64,000 bases of DNA from Candidatus Saccharimonadota bacterium. GTDB taxonomy: Bacteria > Patescibacteriota > Saccharimonadia > Saccharimonadales > VXPC01. The stretch is from positions 67,380-131,379 of the forward strand of contig JAPOWB010000003.1 of assembly GCA_026707815.1 (NCBI GenBank), given 5' to 3'. Shown here one piece after another: positions 28,140-37,109 of the stretch. Made by a program: the position numbers and the translations under genes. The first letter of the stretch is position 1. Each line of letters opens with the position of its first letter. The notes below the pieces were generated by a model. The model saw only the letters and a list, made by a program, of their open reading frames with translations. It was not told the DNA's origin and ran no database searches.

Positions 28140-29191
28140 TTAAACTGCCTCAAAAATTCTAATTTGCCAGAAGTAAAATGACGAATATCTTCAATGCCAT
28201 ACTTAAGCATAGTTAAACGATTTAAACCCAAACCCCACGCAAAACCAGTATAAATTTGACTATCAATATCAGCCTGTTTTAAAACATTGGGGTGAATAAG
28301 ACCACAACCTAAAAGTTCTATATAGCCTTCGCCACAAATTCTGCAATCAGTTTTTGTTTGATCGCAAAAAGGGCAAGAAATAGCAAATTCAAAACTCGGC
28401 TCAGTAAAGGGAAAATAAAAGGGTTGAATCTTAATTTTTAGATCTTGTTGAAAATAACTCGACATAGCTTGTTTCAAGGTGGCAATTAAATTAGCCACAC
28501 TAACTTTTTTACCTACATAGATACCTTCCAACTGATAAAACATATGGTCGTGACTGGCATCAACATCTTCATTTCTGAAAACTCTGCCCGGAATGACGCA
28601 AGCTATGACTTGATCTTCATCGAGGAGATATTTTTGAGCCTTTAAAACTCTATTTTGCATGGTTGAGGTGTGGGCCGGAGCCAGTAAAGGCTGTCCAGAA
28701 GCATCAGTTTGTTTGAGTAAAAAATTATCAAATTCTTCTCGAGCTGGATGCTGCTTTGGGAAATTCAAACTATCAAACATATAAAATTGACTATCCAGCT
28801 GCCTAGATTCAATTACATCAAAACCCATTTTGACAAAGACTTCAACCAGATCATTTTGAGCTTTCATAATTGGATGAACAGAGCCATTGATAAGATTAGG
28901 AAGATTAAGAGGTCGAGATTGATTGATATTCAAGGGGGCTGTAACATCAAAATTTTCATCTATATTAAAAGAGTCTTTAGATTTTAATTTTTTGTGTTGG
29001 GTTAAAAATTGTTTTAATTCATTAATAGCTTGACCAAAAGCCTGACGAGATTTTGGGTCTTGATGCTTGATGGCTAAAACCAAATCTTTGAAACGTTTAT
29101 CTTTGAGCAATTCATAAGCCGTCTTAGAATTCTCCTTAATCTCAGCTTCAAACTGTCGTCTTAGGTCTAAAATGTCATTAATGGTCGGCAT
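28136..29191 (-). CDS. pheS: Phenylalanine--tRNA ligase alpha subunit
   Basis: HPAREEFDNF, FRNEDVDASH and GFAWGLGLNRL class II motifs. Confidence 0.95.
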   Translation of the reverse strand: MPTINDILDLRRQFEAEIKENSKTAYELLKDKRFKDLVLAIKHQDPKSRQAFGQAINELKQFLTQHKKLKSKDSFNIDENFDVTAPLNINQSRPLNLPNLINGSVHPIMKAQNDLVEVFVKMGFDVIESRQLDSQFYMFDSLNFPKQHPAREEFDNFLLKQTDASGQPLLAPAHTSTMQNRVLKAQKYLLDEDQVIACVIPGRVFRNEDVDASHDHMFYQLEGIYVGKKVSVANLIATLKQAMSSYFQQDLKIKIQPFYFPFTEPSFEFAISCPFCDQTKTDCRICGEGYIELLGCGLIHPNVLKQADIDSQIYTGFAWGLGLNRLTMLKYGIEDIRHFTSGKLEFLRQFK

Positions 29192-29279
29192 AGTCTTTCA
29201 ATCTTTTGTATATGAAAATTATTGTCTCTTTTTAGAGGTTTAATCTTACTTAACTATTCTTCTAAAGTATAACATCTCA

Positions 29280-30260
29280 TTGATTAATTGGGGGTTTGAA
29301 AATTTTGTCAGAAAGAACTTTTCATTATATAATATTGCTTATAGCTTTAAGCAAATGATTACACCAGAATCATCTTATCATCAAATCCATCGTAGAGATT
29401 CTCAGGAGATTTTATCTGATCTCTCTGACTGTTATGACATCCTAGATTCTCAACAACAAGTTTTTGACAATCTGATCAACAAGAACCGACAATTCCGCCA
29501 AGAATATACCCGAGATCTTCAACAGCTAGCTGAACTCCAAATAATCTCCGTACGAAATCAACGTCTTAAAAGACTTCAATATAATTTGGAATTCAATATC
29601 GCTTCTGAAGTGCCTGATACACAATCCTATAACACAATTAAACAGAGTAATTTTGAAACTGATTTAGAAATCCTCAAATATCGTCAAGCTAGATCTGATA
29701 TTAGCCATAATCAAATCTCTATCTTGTGTCTTGATCCAGATGTTGTCAAACCAATTCTCTATGATCCAACAATTCATGCTGGTTTATTAGAGAATGTTAA
29801 AGACACCATGAAATATATGTGGCAATATACTAAGATTCCAGCTAACACCTTAAATCGCTTTGAAGAAACTCATAGCTTGGACAATATTGTGGCAATTAAA
29901 AGAAAGCGATCAGACCAGAGTCTGAATATCCCATCAGATCAAATTAATTACGATTATTTTCGGCTAGTGGCCTTACATTATTTGGATGATTGGAAAATTG
30001 ATTTGGAAAAACTCTCAATTTTTCACATTGCCAAAGAAGTGATGGTTATGACTAGTCTAACTAATAAAACTTTTAAAACTCAGCTGGAAACTCAATTAAT
30101 TCACGCCCGACTCCATGGAATTTTAGATAATCAACAACTCAGAGTCTTGCAAAATTACTATCATCTAACAGATGGCTTTGATATTAACCCCGATAAATAT
30201 CATTCCAATATTAAAAATGACTTAACTTTAGTCCGTCAGTTTGATATAAATAATCCTTAA
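29280..30260 (+). CDS. Hypothetical protein
   Basis: 326-aa ORF with a TTG start in the track (an internal ATG is possible). No recognisable motif. Confidence 0.5.
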   Translation: MINWGFENFVRKNFSLYNIAYSFKQMITPESSYHQIHRRDSQEILSDLSDCYDILDSQQQVFDNLINKNRQFRQEYTRDLQQLAELQIISVRNQRLKRLQYNLEFNIASEVPDTQSYNTIKQSNFETDLEILKYRQARSDISHNQISILCLDPDVVKPILYDPTIHAGLLENVKDTMKYMWQYTKIPANTLNRFEETHSLDNIVAIKRKRSDQSLNIPSDQINYDYFRLVALHYLDDWKIDLEKLSIFHIAKEVMVMTSLTNKTFKTQLETQLIHARLHGILDNQQLRVLQNYYHLTDGFDINPDKYHSNIKNDLTLVRQFDINNP

Positions 30261-31384
30261 TCTTTGGGCATTTCAATGCCTTGAACTTTTTTAAATTTAT
30301 TCTCAATTGTTCGAGTTTTGGAGCCAGCATCATCAATAACTTTACTGGCTTCATCTAATTTCTTTTTAGCCTTGGCAATCAAATCCCCAAACTTGGTGAA
30401 TTCAGACTGGGTTTCAACTAGAGTTTGCCAAACCTCAGATATATGTTTTTGAATCATCAGTGACCGATAACCCAAATTAAGCATAGCTAACATAGGTAGA
30501 ATAGTACTCGGTCCAGCTAAAGTTATCTTATATTTACGTCTAATCTCTTCGACTAAAGAAGTATTTTGAGCTATCTCAGCATACAAACTCTCCAAAGGTA
30601 AATACATAACCGCAAAATCAGTCGTTGAAGGTGGATTAATATATTTATTAATCTTTTTGGCTTGGTTTTTAATTTCAGCCTCCAAGCCTTTACGGGCGTG
30701 ATTGATAGCCTTTTTGTCAGTACTGGATATAGCTTGCTGTAAGACTTCGAAGCGAGTCAGCGGAAACTTAGCATCAATTGGCAGATAAAGAACTTCTCCA
30801 TTTTCAGCTGGGATTTTTAAAGCAAACTCAACCTTATCTGAACTGGCAGGATTAGATCTAAATTCCTTTTCATATTGCTCAGCATTTAGAACTTCATCCA
30901 ATAAATTACCTAAATGAGCTTCTCCCCAAACTCCTCTGGTTTTCACTCCAGTCAGAGTGTTTTGCAATTCTCCAACATCAGCTGCTAAAGCCTTCATTTC
31001 ACCCATGCTTTTATGAACTGTCTCTAATTTTTGATCGACCAATTTGAAGCTTTCAGATAATCGTTTCTCTAAAGTAGATTGCAATCTCTCATCAACCGTC
31101 TGACGCATTCGATCAAGTTGTTTATGATTGTCTTCTCTCAATTCTTTTAGAGCATTGCTAATCACTGTTTGAAGTTGAGTAAATTGTTTGTTAATGCTAT
31201 CAGTAGTATTTTTTAAACCAGTACTTAATTCTAGGCGATTATCTTTAAGAGCTTGATCCAATTTATCACTTGATAAGTCGCTATCTGAAGCAGTCTGAGA
31301 TTGTCGTCCAATCAAAAAGCCCAATCCTCCACCGCAAAGAATACCAATGACTATACCAAGAAAAACACCCATAACTTTTAGCAT
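30257..31384 (-). CDS. rmuC: DNA recombination protein RmuC
   Basis: N-terminal TM helix, a long coiled coil, then VEFALKIP...LPIDAKFPL, typical of RmuC. Confidence 0.85.
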   Translation of the reverse strand: MLKVMGVFLGIVIGILCGGGLGFLIGRQSQTASDSDLSSDKLDQALKDNRLELSTGLKNTTDSINKQFTQLQTVISNALKELREDNHKQLDRMRQTVDERLQSTLEKRLSESFKLVDQKLETVHKSMGEMKALAADVGELQNTLTGVKTRGVWGEAHLGNLLDEVLNAEQYEKEFRSNPASSDKVEFALKIPAENGEVLYLPIDAKFPLTRFEVLQQAISSTDKKAINHARKGLEAEIKNQAKKINKYINPPSTTDFAVMYLPLESLYAEIAQNTSLVEEIRRKYKITLAGPSTILPMLAMLNLGYRSLMIQKHISEVWQTLVETQSEFTKFGDLIAKAKKKLDEASKVIDDAGSKTRTIENKFKKVQGIEMPKD

Positions 31385-31587
31385 CAGTATACTATAAGTT
31401 TGGATTGACGACCGTAGTATTAAATGACTTGCCAGTCCGTTGTGTCCACTTTCTAATTACCTGATTAACGACTGACGGAATACCTGACAAAATTGCAAAA
31501 TAATAATATTAGTATATAATTTTGTTGTATTAATAATCCTTCACAACTTATAAAAACATATTTATATTCCCAATATTTAACTAAGAG

Positions 31588-34410
31588 ATGCTTAAAAAAG
31601 TAAGAAAAACTCCCTCAAAAACCACTAAGCAGTCAACTAAATCAAAATCTGTTAAAAGTTCCACTGAAAAATCTCAAAAAACAGCTGTACAATCAGCCAA
31701 AAACGACAAATTAGATAACTGGTTTATTAAATTAAGTTCCTTCTTTTTCAAAGACATCATTATGTCAATGACTCTTTGGATAGCCATTATCATAACTTCC
31801 ATTTTGGTTTATAACAATTTCATTGGTCGAGAAGGTTTTCCGACTGTCAACTTTCCTATTACAACTATTAATGGAGCTTACTTCAGTGACGATACAGAAG
31901 TTTTAGACAAAGATATAGTTCAGCCTCTAACAGCTCAAATCCAAACTTTGGAAAGTATTGACAGTATTGACAGTTATGCTTCGAATAACTTCTTCACTTT
32001 AGTCTTGCAATTTGACTCTGAAACTTCGGCTGATATTGAGACTAGCAAAATTCAAAATTTAATCAGTAGTCAGAATAATTTGTTGCCCGAGGGAGTAGTT
32101 TTAAACTATAAAATTATTAACCCTGGTCAATGGCTGGATAATTATGATCTGATTTTATCTCTGCATGATGAGGAAACAACTTCTATTGCCGAATTAGAGC
32201 AATCGGCTCAACAATTAGCTCAAAAAATAGCTGATTCTAGCGACAATATTGGTTTGGCTGAACCTCAATTTCTCCTAGAAACTGCTTTCAATCCCATTAA
32301 TCAACAACAAGAAACTAGGCAAGCTAATCTGAATTATTTAGGAGTAGTTGGTGAAAACGGAGACTTTGCTTTCCATCAAGCTATTACCATTGGTCTGACC
32401 AAAGCTGAATCTTCAGATCTAAACGTGATTGAATTTTCCGAACACATTCATGAAATCTTGTTAACTGTCAATGGTGATGAACAGACTAAAATCTATGTAG
32501 TCGGTGATTTTGCTGAAAGCATAAATCAACAAATTAACTCTTTGGAAGACAACTTAACAACGGCTCTAATTGCCGTTATGATTGTCAGTTTCTTGCTAAT
32601 TAGCTGGCGGGCTTCAATTGTCACAGCCTTATTTATGATCAGTGTGATTATGGCAGCCGTTCTAATTATGTACTTGGCTGGTTTGACTTTAAACATTGTC
32701 ACCTTATTCACTCTAATTCTGGCTTTAGGACTCTTCGTGGATGACGCAACTATTATTGTTGAAGTCATTGAAGCTAACCGCAGAAAACTCAAAGATAAAT
32801 TTGCCATCATTACTGAGTCAATTCGTCGGGTTGGACGAGCTAGCTTCATAGGTACAATCACGACCATTTTGGTTTTTGCTCCCCTGCTATTTGTCAGTGG
32901 TATTATTGGTGAATTTATTCGCATTATGCCAGTAACGGTCATTATTGCCTTGATGACTTCGTTTATCTTATCTCTGACATTAATCCCCATACTGAGTCGA
33001 GGCATCATTCTCAGACGGCAAGGTTTAGATAAAATCACTAAGCTCAATCCGATTGCCAAACTGGAAACCCACCTAGCTGAAAGTCTGGCACAAAAAATTA
33101 GAAATCTAGCTAAGCCAGGTTGGAAAAACAAAATATTCTCTAAAGCTATGATTGGCTTGAGTATTGTTATGATTTTGCTATCTTTCACTTATTTCGGACA
33201 ACTGAATCAACATATTTTTACTGGTGGCAAAGATGGTAATGATTTATTATTTTCCGTCACTTTGCCAAGGGGTAGCAACTTAGATCAGGCTCAAGATATT
33301 TATCAAGTAGCCAATCAAAGTTTGGAAGAATCTTTAGAGGGCATGGTTAACAGAGTTGTCTATGTTTCGGCTAATCAAAATTCAGCTCTTGCCTATATTG
33401 ACTTAATCCCCTATCAAGATCGTGAAATTACTTCTGTAGCCTTAGCTCAAAAAGCCCAAGATGAGATTGTCAAACGGCTTGACAACAAAGACATTATTGT
33501 CTCTGTTAGCAATCAAGGTCCTGGAGCTCAACCTGATGAATTTCCTTTTAAAGTCCAAGTAGTTGAAGATGACCCTCAGCTTGCTGGCAGATTAATTGAA
33601 GAGCTGAACCAATATTTATTGGGGGCAGAAATCGAAAGACCTAATGGACAACTTTTTGAAATCACTGAAACTCAGCTACCTGATACTGAAGTTATTCAAA
33701 GAACTGACGGTCAAAAGATTTTCGTCATTTCAGCAAAATTCAATGCTGATGATTTAAGCACCTTAATTCAAACAACAACTGATTATGTTGAAGATAAATT
33801 CACAGAAGAATACTTAGTCGCTCAAGGATTCTCATCTCAAAGCATTCAATTTGACGCTGGACAAGAAGAAGAAAACTTAGAAGCTTTCTTCACTTTGGTC
33901 TTATCTATCCCCTTCATTATCTTAGTGATGTATCTGCTTTTATGCATCCAATTCAAATCCACTTTAAGACCATTCTTAATTCTTCTAGCTGTACCTTTTG
34001 GATTGTTTGGTGTTGGAGCTGGACTCTATTACACAGATCACCCCGTCAGTTTCTTCTCTATGTTAGGGGTTATGGCTTTAATTGGAATTGCTGTTAACAA
34101 TACTATCCTGCTAACTGATTACACGCGGCAAGAATTAGAAAAAGGTAAAGATATCTTAGAAGCCGTGGCTTCAGCCACCCAAGCTCGCTTCCGACCATTG
34201 TTGACTACATCATTGACGACTGTGGTTGCCCTGTTGCCTCTAGCTCTTAATGATCCATTTTGGCAAGCCTTAAGCCTGACCATAATTTTTGGACTTCTCA
34301 GTAGCACTTTCTTAGTCATTTTAGCTTTCCCCTATTATCTAATTATCACTGAATCTATCATTCAGAAATGGAAGGATCGTAAGAAAAACAAAGTCTCTCT
34401 CACAAAATAA
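31588..34410 (+). CDS. RND-superfamily (AcrB-like) transporter permease, no partner MFP/OMF genes nearby
   Basis: 940 aa with two TM bundles separated by large loops. FVDDATIIVE and LLTDY...RFRPLLTTSLTTV resemble AcrB-type motifs. Confidence 0.8.
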   Translation: MLKKVRKTPSKTTKQSTKSKSVKSSTEKSQKTAVQSAKNDKLDNWFIKLSSFFFKDIIMSMTLWIAIIITSILVYNNFIGREGFPTVNFPITTINGAYFSDDTEVLDKDIVQPLTAQIQTLESIDSIDSYASNNFFTLVLQFDSETSADIETSKIQNLISSQNNLLPEGVVLNYKIINPGQWLDNYDLILSLHDEETTSIAELEQSAQQLAQKIADSSDNIGLAEPQFLLETAFNPINQQQETRQANLNYLGVVGENGDFAFHQAITIGLTKAESSDLNVIEFSEHIHEILLTVNGDEQTKIYVVGDFAESINQQINSLEDNLTTALIAVMIVSFLLISWRASIVTALFMISVIMAAVLIMYLAGLTLNIVTLFTLILALGLFVDDATIIVEVIEANRRKLKDKFAIITESIRRVGRASFIGTITTILVFAPLLFVSGIIGEFIRIMPVTVIIALMTSFILSLTLIPILSRGIILRRQGLDKITKLNPIAKLETHLAESLAQKIRNLAKPGWKNKIFSKAMIGLSIVMILLSFTYFGQLNQHIFTGGKDGNDLLFSVTLPRGSNLDQAQDIYQVANQSLEESLEGMVNRVVYVSANQNSALAYIDLIPYQDREITSVALAQKAQDEIVKRLDNKDIIVSVSNQGPGAQPDEFPFKVQVVEDDPQLAGRLIEELNQYLLGAEIERPNGQLFEITETQLPDTEVIQRTDGQKIFVISAKFNADDLSTLIQTTTDYVEDKFTEEYLVAQGFSSQSIQFDAGQEEENLEAFFTLVLSIPFIILVMYLLLCIQFKSTLRPFLILLAVPFGLFGVGAGLYYTDHPVSFFSMLGVMALIGIAVNNTILLTDYTRQELEKGKDILEAVASATQARFRPLLTTSLTTVVALLPLALNDPFWQALSLTIIFGLLSSTFLVILAFPYYLIITESIIQKWKDRKKNKVSLTK

Positions 34411-34523
34411 AATGCTTGGGAATACTAATTCCCAAAATCCTTAAAAGGATTTTGCCAACATGTTAAAATAGACATCAGTCAATTAACTATCAAGTTCTAA
34501 AAATAACCAACTCTATATAAATT

Positions 34524-35849
34524 ATGACATTGGCAGAAGAATTAAAGTGGCGAGGCTTGATTCAAGATACAACTTTAAATAAAATCAATCTTTTCAATCA
34601 AAAAGATTGGAAGCTTTATATAGGTTTTGATGCTACAGCCCCCTCTCAGACAATTGGCAATTTAGCCGCTATGATGACTGTCTTGGTTTTTTTAAGACAT
34701 AATCATCAAGCTGTTATTTTAGCTGGTGGGGCAACTAGTTTAATCGGTGATCCAGGTGGTAAGGAACAAGAAAGATCACTTCAAGACAAACAAGTCGTTG
34801 AGCAAAATATCGCCAAAGCCAATCAACAATTTCGACAAGTTTTCAAAAACTTTGACCAACAAGTAACCTATACCAACAATCTGAACTGGTTTGAAGATTT
34901 CAAGCTTTTGGATTTTTTAAGAGATGTTGGCAAACATTTTTCTATGACTCCCTTAATCCAGAGAGATTTCATTGCTTCTCGCTTGGGAGAGGGTGGCAGT
35001 GGCATTAGCTATGCCGAATTCAGCTACACTCTCCTTCAAGGCTATGATTATTTAAAATTGTTTGAAGATTACCAATGTAATTTGCAGATTGGTGGATCAG
35101 ATCAATGGGGTAACTGTCTCTCAGGGGTTGAATTAATCAGGCGCAAACATCAAGCAGCTGTTGATATCTTAACTTTGCCTCTGATCATTAATCAAGCCAC
35201 TGGTAAAAAGTTCGGCAAGAGCGAAGAACAAACCATTTGGCTAGATGATAGCATGACCCATGCCTCTGATTTTTATCAATTCCTGCTTAATACCGCTGAT
35301 GAGGATGTCATTAATTATTTGAAAATTTTCAGCCAATTAACCAAGCCGGAGATTGATGATTTAGCTGACAAGCATCAACGGAATCCCGCTCTTAGATTGC
35401 CCCATATTAAATTAGCTGAAGAGCTGACCTCCTTAGTTCATAATCAAAAGTTAAAAACCTGTCAACTCTTCAGTCAGTTAGCTTTTAAGGGTCAATCCAA
35501 TTTTGAGACTTCTGACATTCAAGCTATTTTGGAGGCTGAGTTAGACAATCAAGTCATTAATTTCAGGCAACCAAGCTCTCAAATTGATCAAACAGCTTCT
35601 CTAACAGCTTTATATGATGAGCTAATCAACAAAATACCAATCTGTCAAAGTCGGAGTCAATTAAAGGAATTCTATGATAACCAAGCACTTAAGATTATCT
35701 TGCTTAATGATTTCAGCAATCAGCCGATCAAAGGTCACAAATACACTCTCAATGAATTTTATGTTAAAAAATTATGGTTAGAGCATTCCAATTCTTTAGG
35801 TATAATAGTAATAGGTAAAAATACTATTAGGGTTTTACAATTCGATTAA
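34524..35849 (+). CDS. tyrS: Tyrosine--tRNA ligase with degenerate HIGH motif
   Basis: ELKWRGLIQDTT, GFDATAPSQTIGNL (the HIGH position reads TIGN), GGATSLIGDPGGK, and KFGKS (KMSKS). Confidence 0.85.
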   Translation: MTLAEELKWRGLIQDTTLNKINLFNQKDWKLYIGFDATAPSQTIGNLAAMMTVLVFLRHNHQAVILAGGATSLIGDPGGKEQERSLQDKQVVEQNIAKANQQFRQVFKNFDQQVTYTNNLNWFEDFKLLDFLRDVGKHFSMTPLIQRDFIASRLGEGGSGISYAEFSYTLLQGYDYLKLFEDYQCNLQIGGSDQWGNCLSGVELIRRKHQAAVDILTLPLIINQATGKKFGKSEEQTIWLDDSMTHASDFYQFLLNTADEDVINYLKIFSQLTKPEIDDLADKHQRNPALRLPHIKLAEELTSLVHNQKLKTCQLFSQLAFKGQSNFETSDIQAILEAELDNQVINFRQPSSQIDQTASLTALYDELINKIPICQSRSQLKEFYDNQALKIILLNDFSNQPIKGHKYTLNEFYVKKLWLEHSNSLGIIVIGKNTIRVLQFD

Positions 35850-35854
35850 TTGAC

Positions 35855-36472
35855 ATGATGAGAAAATATACTCAACCAGTGATTAATGAAGTAGCTAGGT
35901 TTTTTAATTATTTCAGTCGAGGTAAATTAAGTCCTAATGGCTTAACTCTTATTACCCTCTTATTGCATTTAGTGGTAATTTGGCTGATTATCAGTCAGCA
36001 CTTGGTTTGGGCTGGCGTCAGCTTGATTTTATTCTCCAGCTTGGATGCTATTGATGGAGCTTTGGCTAGGATTCAAAAACGAGTTACTGATTTTGGTGGT
36101 TGGCTGGATGCCTGCTCCGATCGCTTGAAAGAAATCCTCGTCTTTGTCGGTTTAACCTATTATCTAATTGAATTGGGTGAGCCAACTTGGATTCTTCTTT
36201 TGGCTATTAGCTGTTTGGCTTCAGCTTTGCTTATTAGCTATATCAAAGCCAAGGCTGAAGCTATTATTGCCGCTCAAACCAAAATTAGCTTCACTAAATT
36301 AAATAGAATCTTCGGCGGGGGTTGGGGTTATGATTTAAGAGTCTTAATTTTAGGTCTGACTTTAATTATTAATCAAATTCCAATCGGTTTGATTGTCTTA
36401 ATATTGGGCAGTATATATACTATTATCTCTCGTAGCTTTAAATTTAAAAAAGCCCTAAAAAGTAAACCTTAA
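35855..36472 (+). CDS. CDP-alcohol phosphatidyltransferase family protein
   Basis: DAIDGALARIQKRVTDFGGWLDACSDR fits D-x2-DG-x2-AR-x8-G-x3-D-x3-D. Confidence 0.8.
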   Translation: MMRKYTQPVINEVARFFNYFSRGKLSPNGLTLITLLLHLVVIWLIISQHLVWAGVSLILFSSLDAIDGALARIQKRVTDFGGWLDACSDRLKEILVFVGLTYYLIELGEPTWILLLAISCLASALLISYIKAKAEAIIAAQTKISFTKLNRIFGGGWGYDLRVLILGLTLIINQIPIGLIVLILGSIYTIISRSFKFKKALKSKP

Positions 36473-36478
36473 CAAAAC

Positions 36479-37036
36479 ATGGATGGCAATGTTTTTATCC
36501 AAATGTTGTTTCTGCTTGGACCCGCTGGCATTGCCAACTCTGTGGCGGTCGTGGGTAATAAGATACCTTGCTTGAAAAATTGGACTACGCCAATGGATTT
36601 TGGCTTGAAATTCAAAAACCAAAGAATTTTAGGCAATCATAAAACTTGGCGGGGATTAATGCTGGGTATTATTGGAGGTTGTTTAACTGGGATTTTAATT
36701 CTTTATTTAATTAATCAATTTGATTATTTTCGGCAAGAACTCGGTTTCATAGAGCAAGTCATCAATCCAATTTTACTGGGTGGATTGCTGGGCTTCTTCG
36801 CTTTACTTGGAGATGCTTTAAAAAGTTTTTTCAAAAGACAGCTGAAAATTCCTCCAGGTAAGTCTTGGCCAGTTTTTGATCAAATTGATTATATTTTAGG
36901 CTCTTATTTGTTAATCTTGATACTCTTTGATTTGAGCTTAACTTACTATTTAGTTGGTCTAATTATGTATGCTCTGATTCATCCCCTAATATCTAATTTA
37001 GGCTATATTTTGAGACTGAAAAAGGATCGATTTTAA
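36479..37036 (+). CDS. CarS-like (CDP-archaeol synthase / DUF46 family) cytidylyltransferase homologue
   Basis: PMDFGLKFKNQRILGNHKTWRG and GDALKSFFKRQLKIPPGKSWPVFDQIDY match the archaeal CarS pattern (P-DFG...ILG-KTWRG; GD...SF-KRR...DQ-D) as I remember it. They do not match the bacterial CdsA pattern. Confidence 0.65.
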   Translation: MDGNVFIQMLFLLGPAGIANSVAVVGNKIPCLKNWTTPMDFGLKFKNQRILGNHKTWRGLMLGIIGGCLTGILILYLINQFDYFRQELGFIEQVINPILLGGLLGFFALLGDALKSFFKRQLKIPPGKSWPVFDQIDYILGSYLLILILFDLSLTYYLVGLIMYALIHPLISNLGYILRLKKDRF

Positions 37037-37109
37037 AAAAGTGTTTACAAAACTTCTCGGGAAAAATTTCTTAAATAATGTCTTTAAAGAATAAATTTCA
37101 ATCAGTGAA

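Noticed and set aside
32526-33188. 220-aa ORF antisense to the RND permease, and similar short antisense ORFs (2098-2319, 8060-8254, 9700-9983, 20342-20530, 25041-25457, 28748-28987, 34119-34319, 41424-41615, 42510-42695, 47988-48170, 48568-48753, 49379-49561, 51706-52148, 60143-61583)
   Set aside because: All are embedded in longer ORFs on the other strand or frame that have clear family motifs. Their compositions are the mirror image of the real gene (Ile/Lys/Arg-rich low complexity), and they have no independent support.
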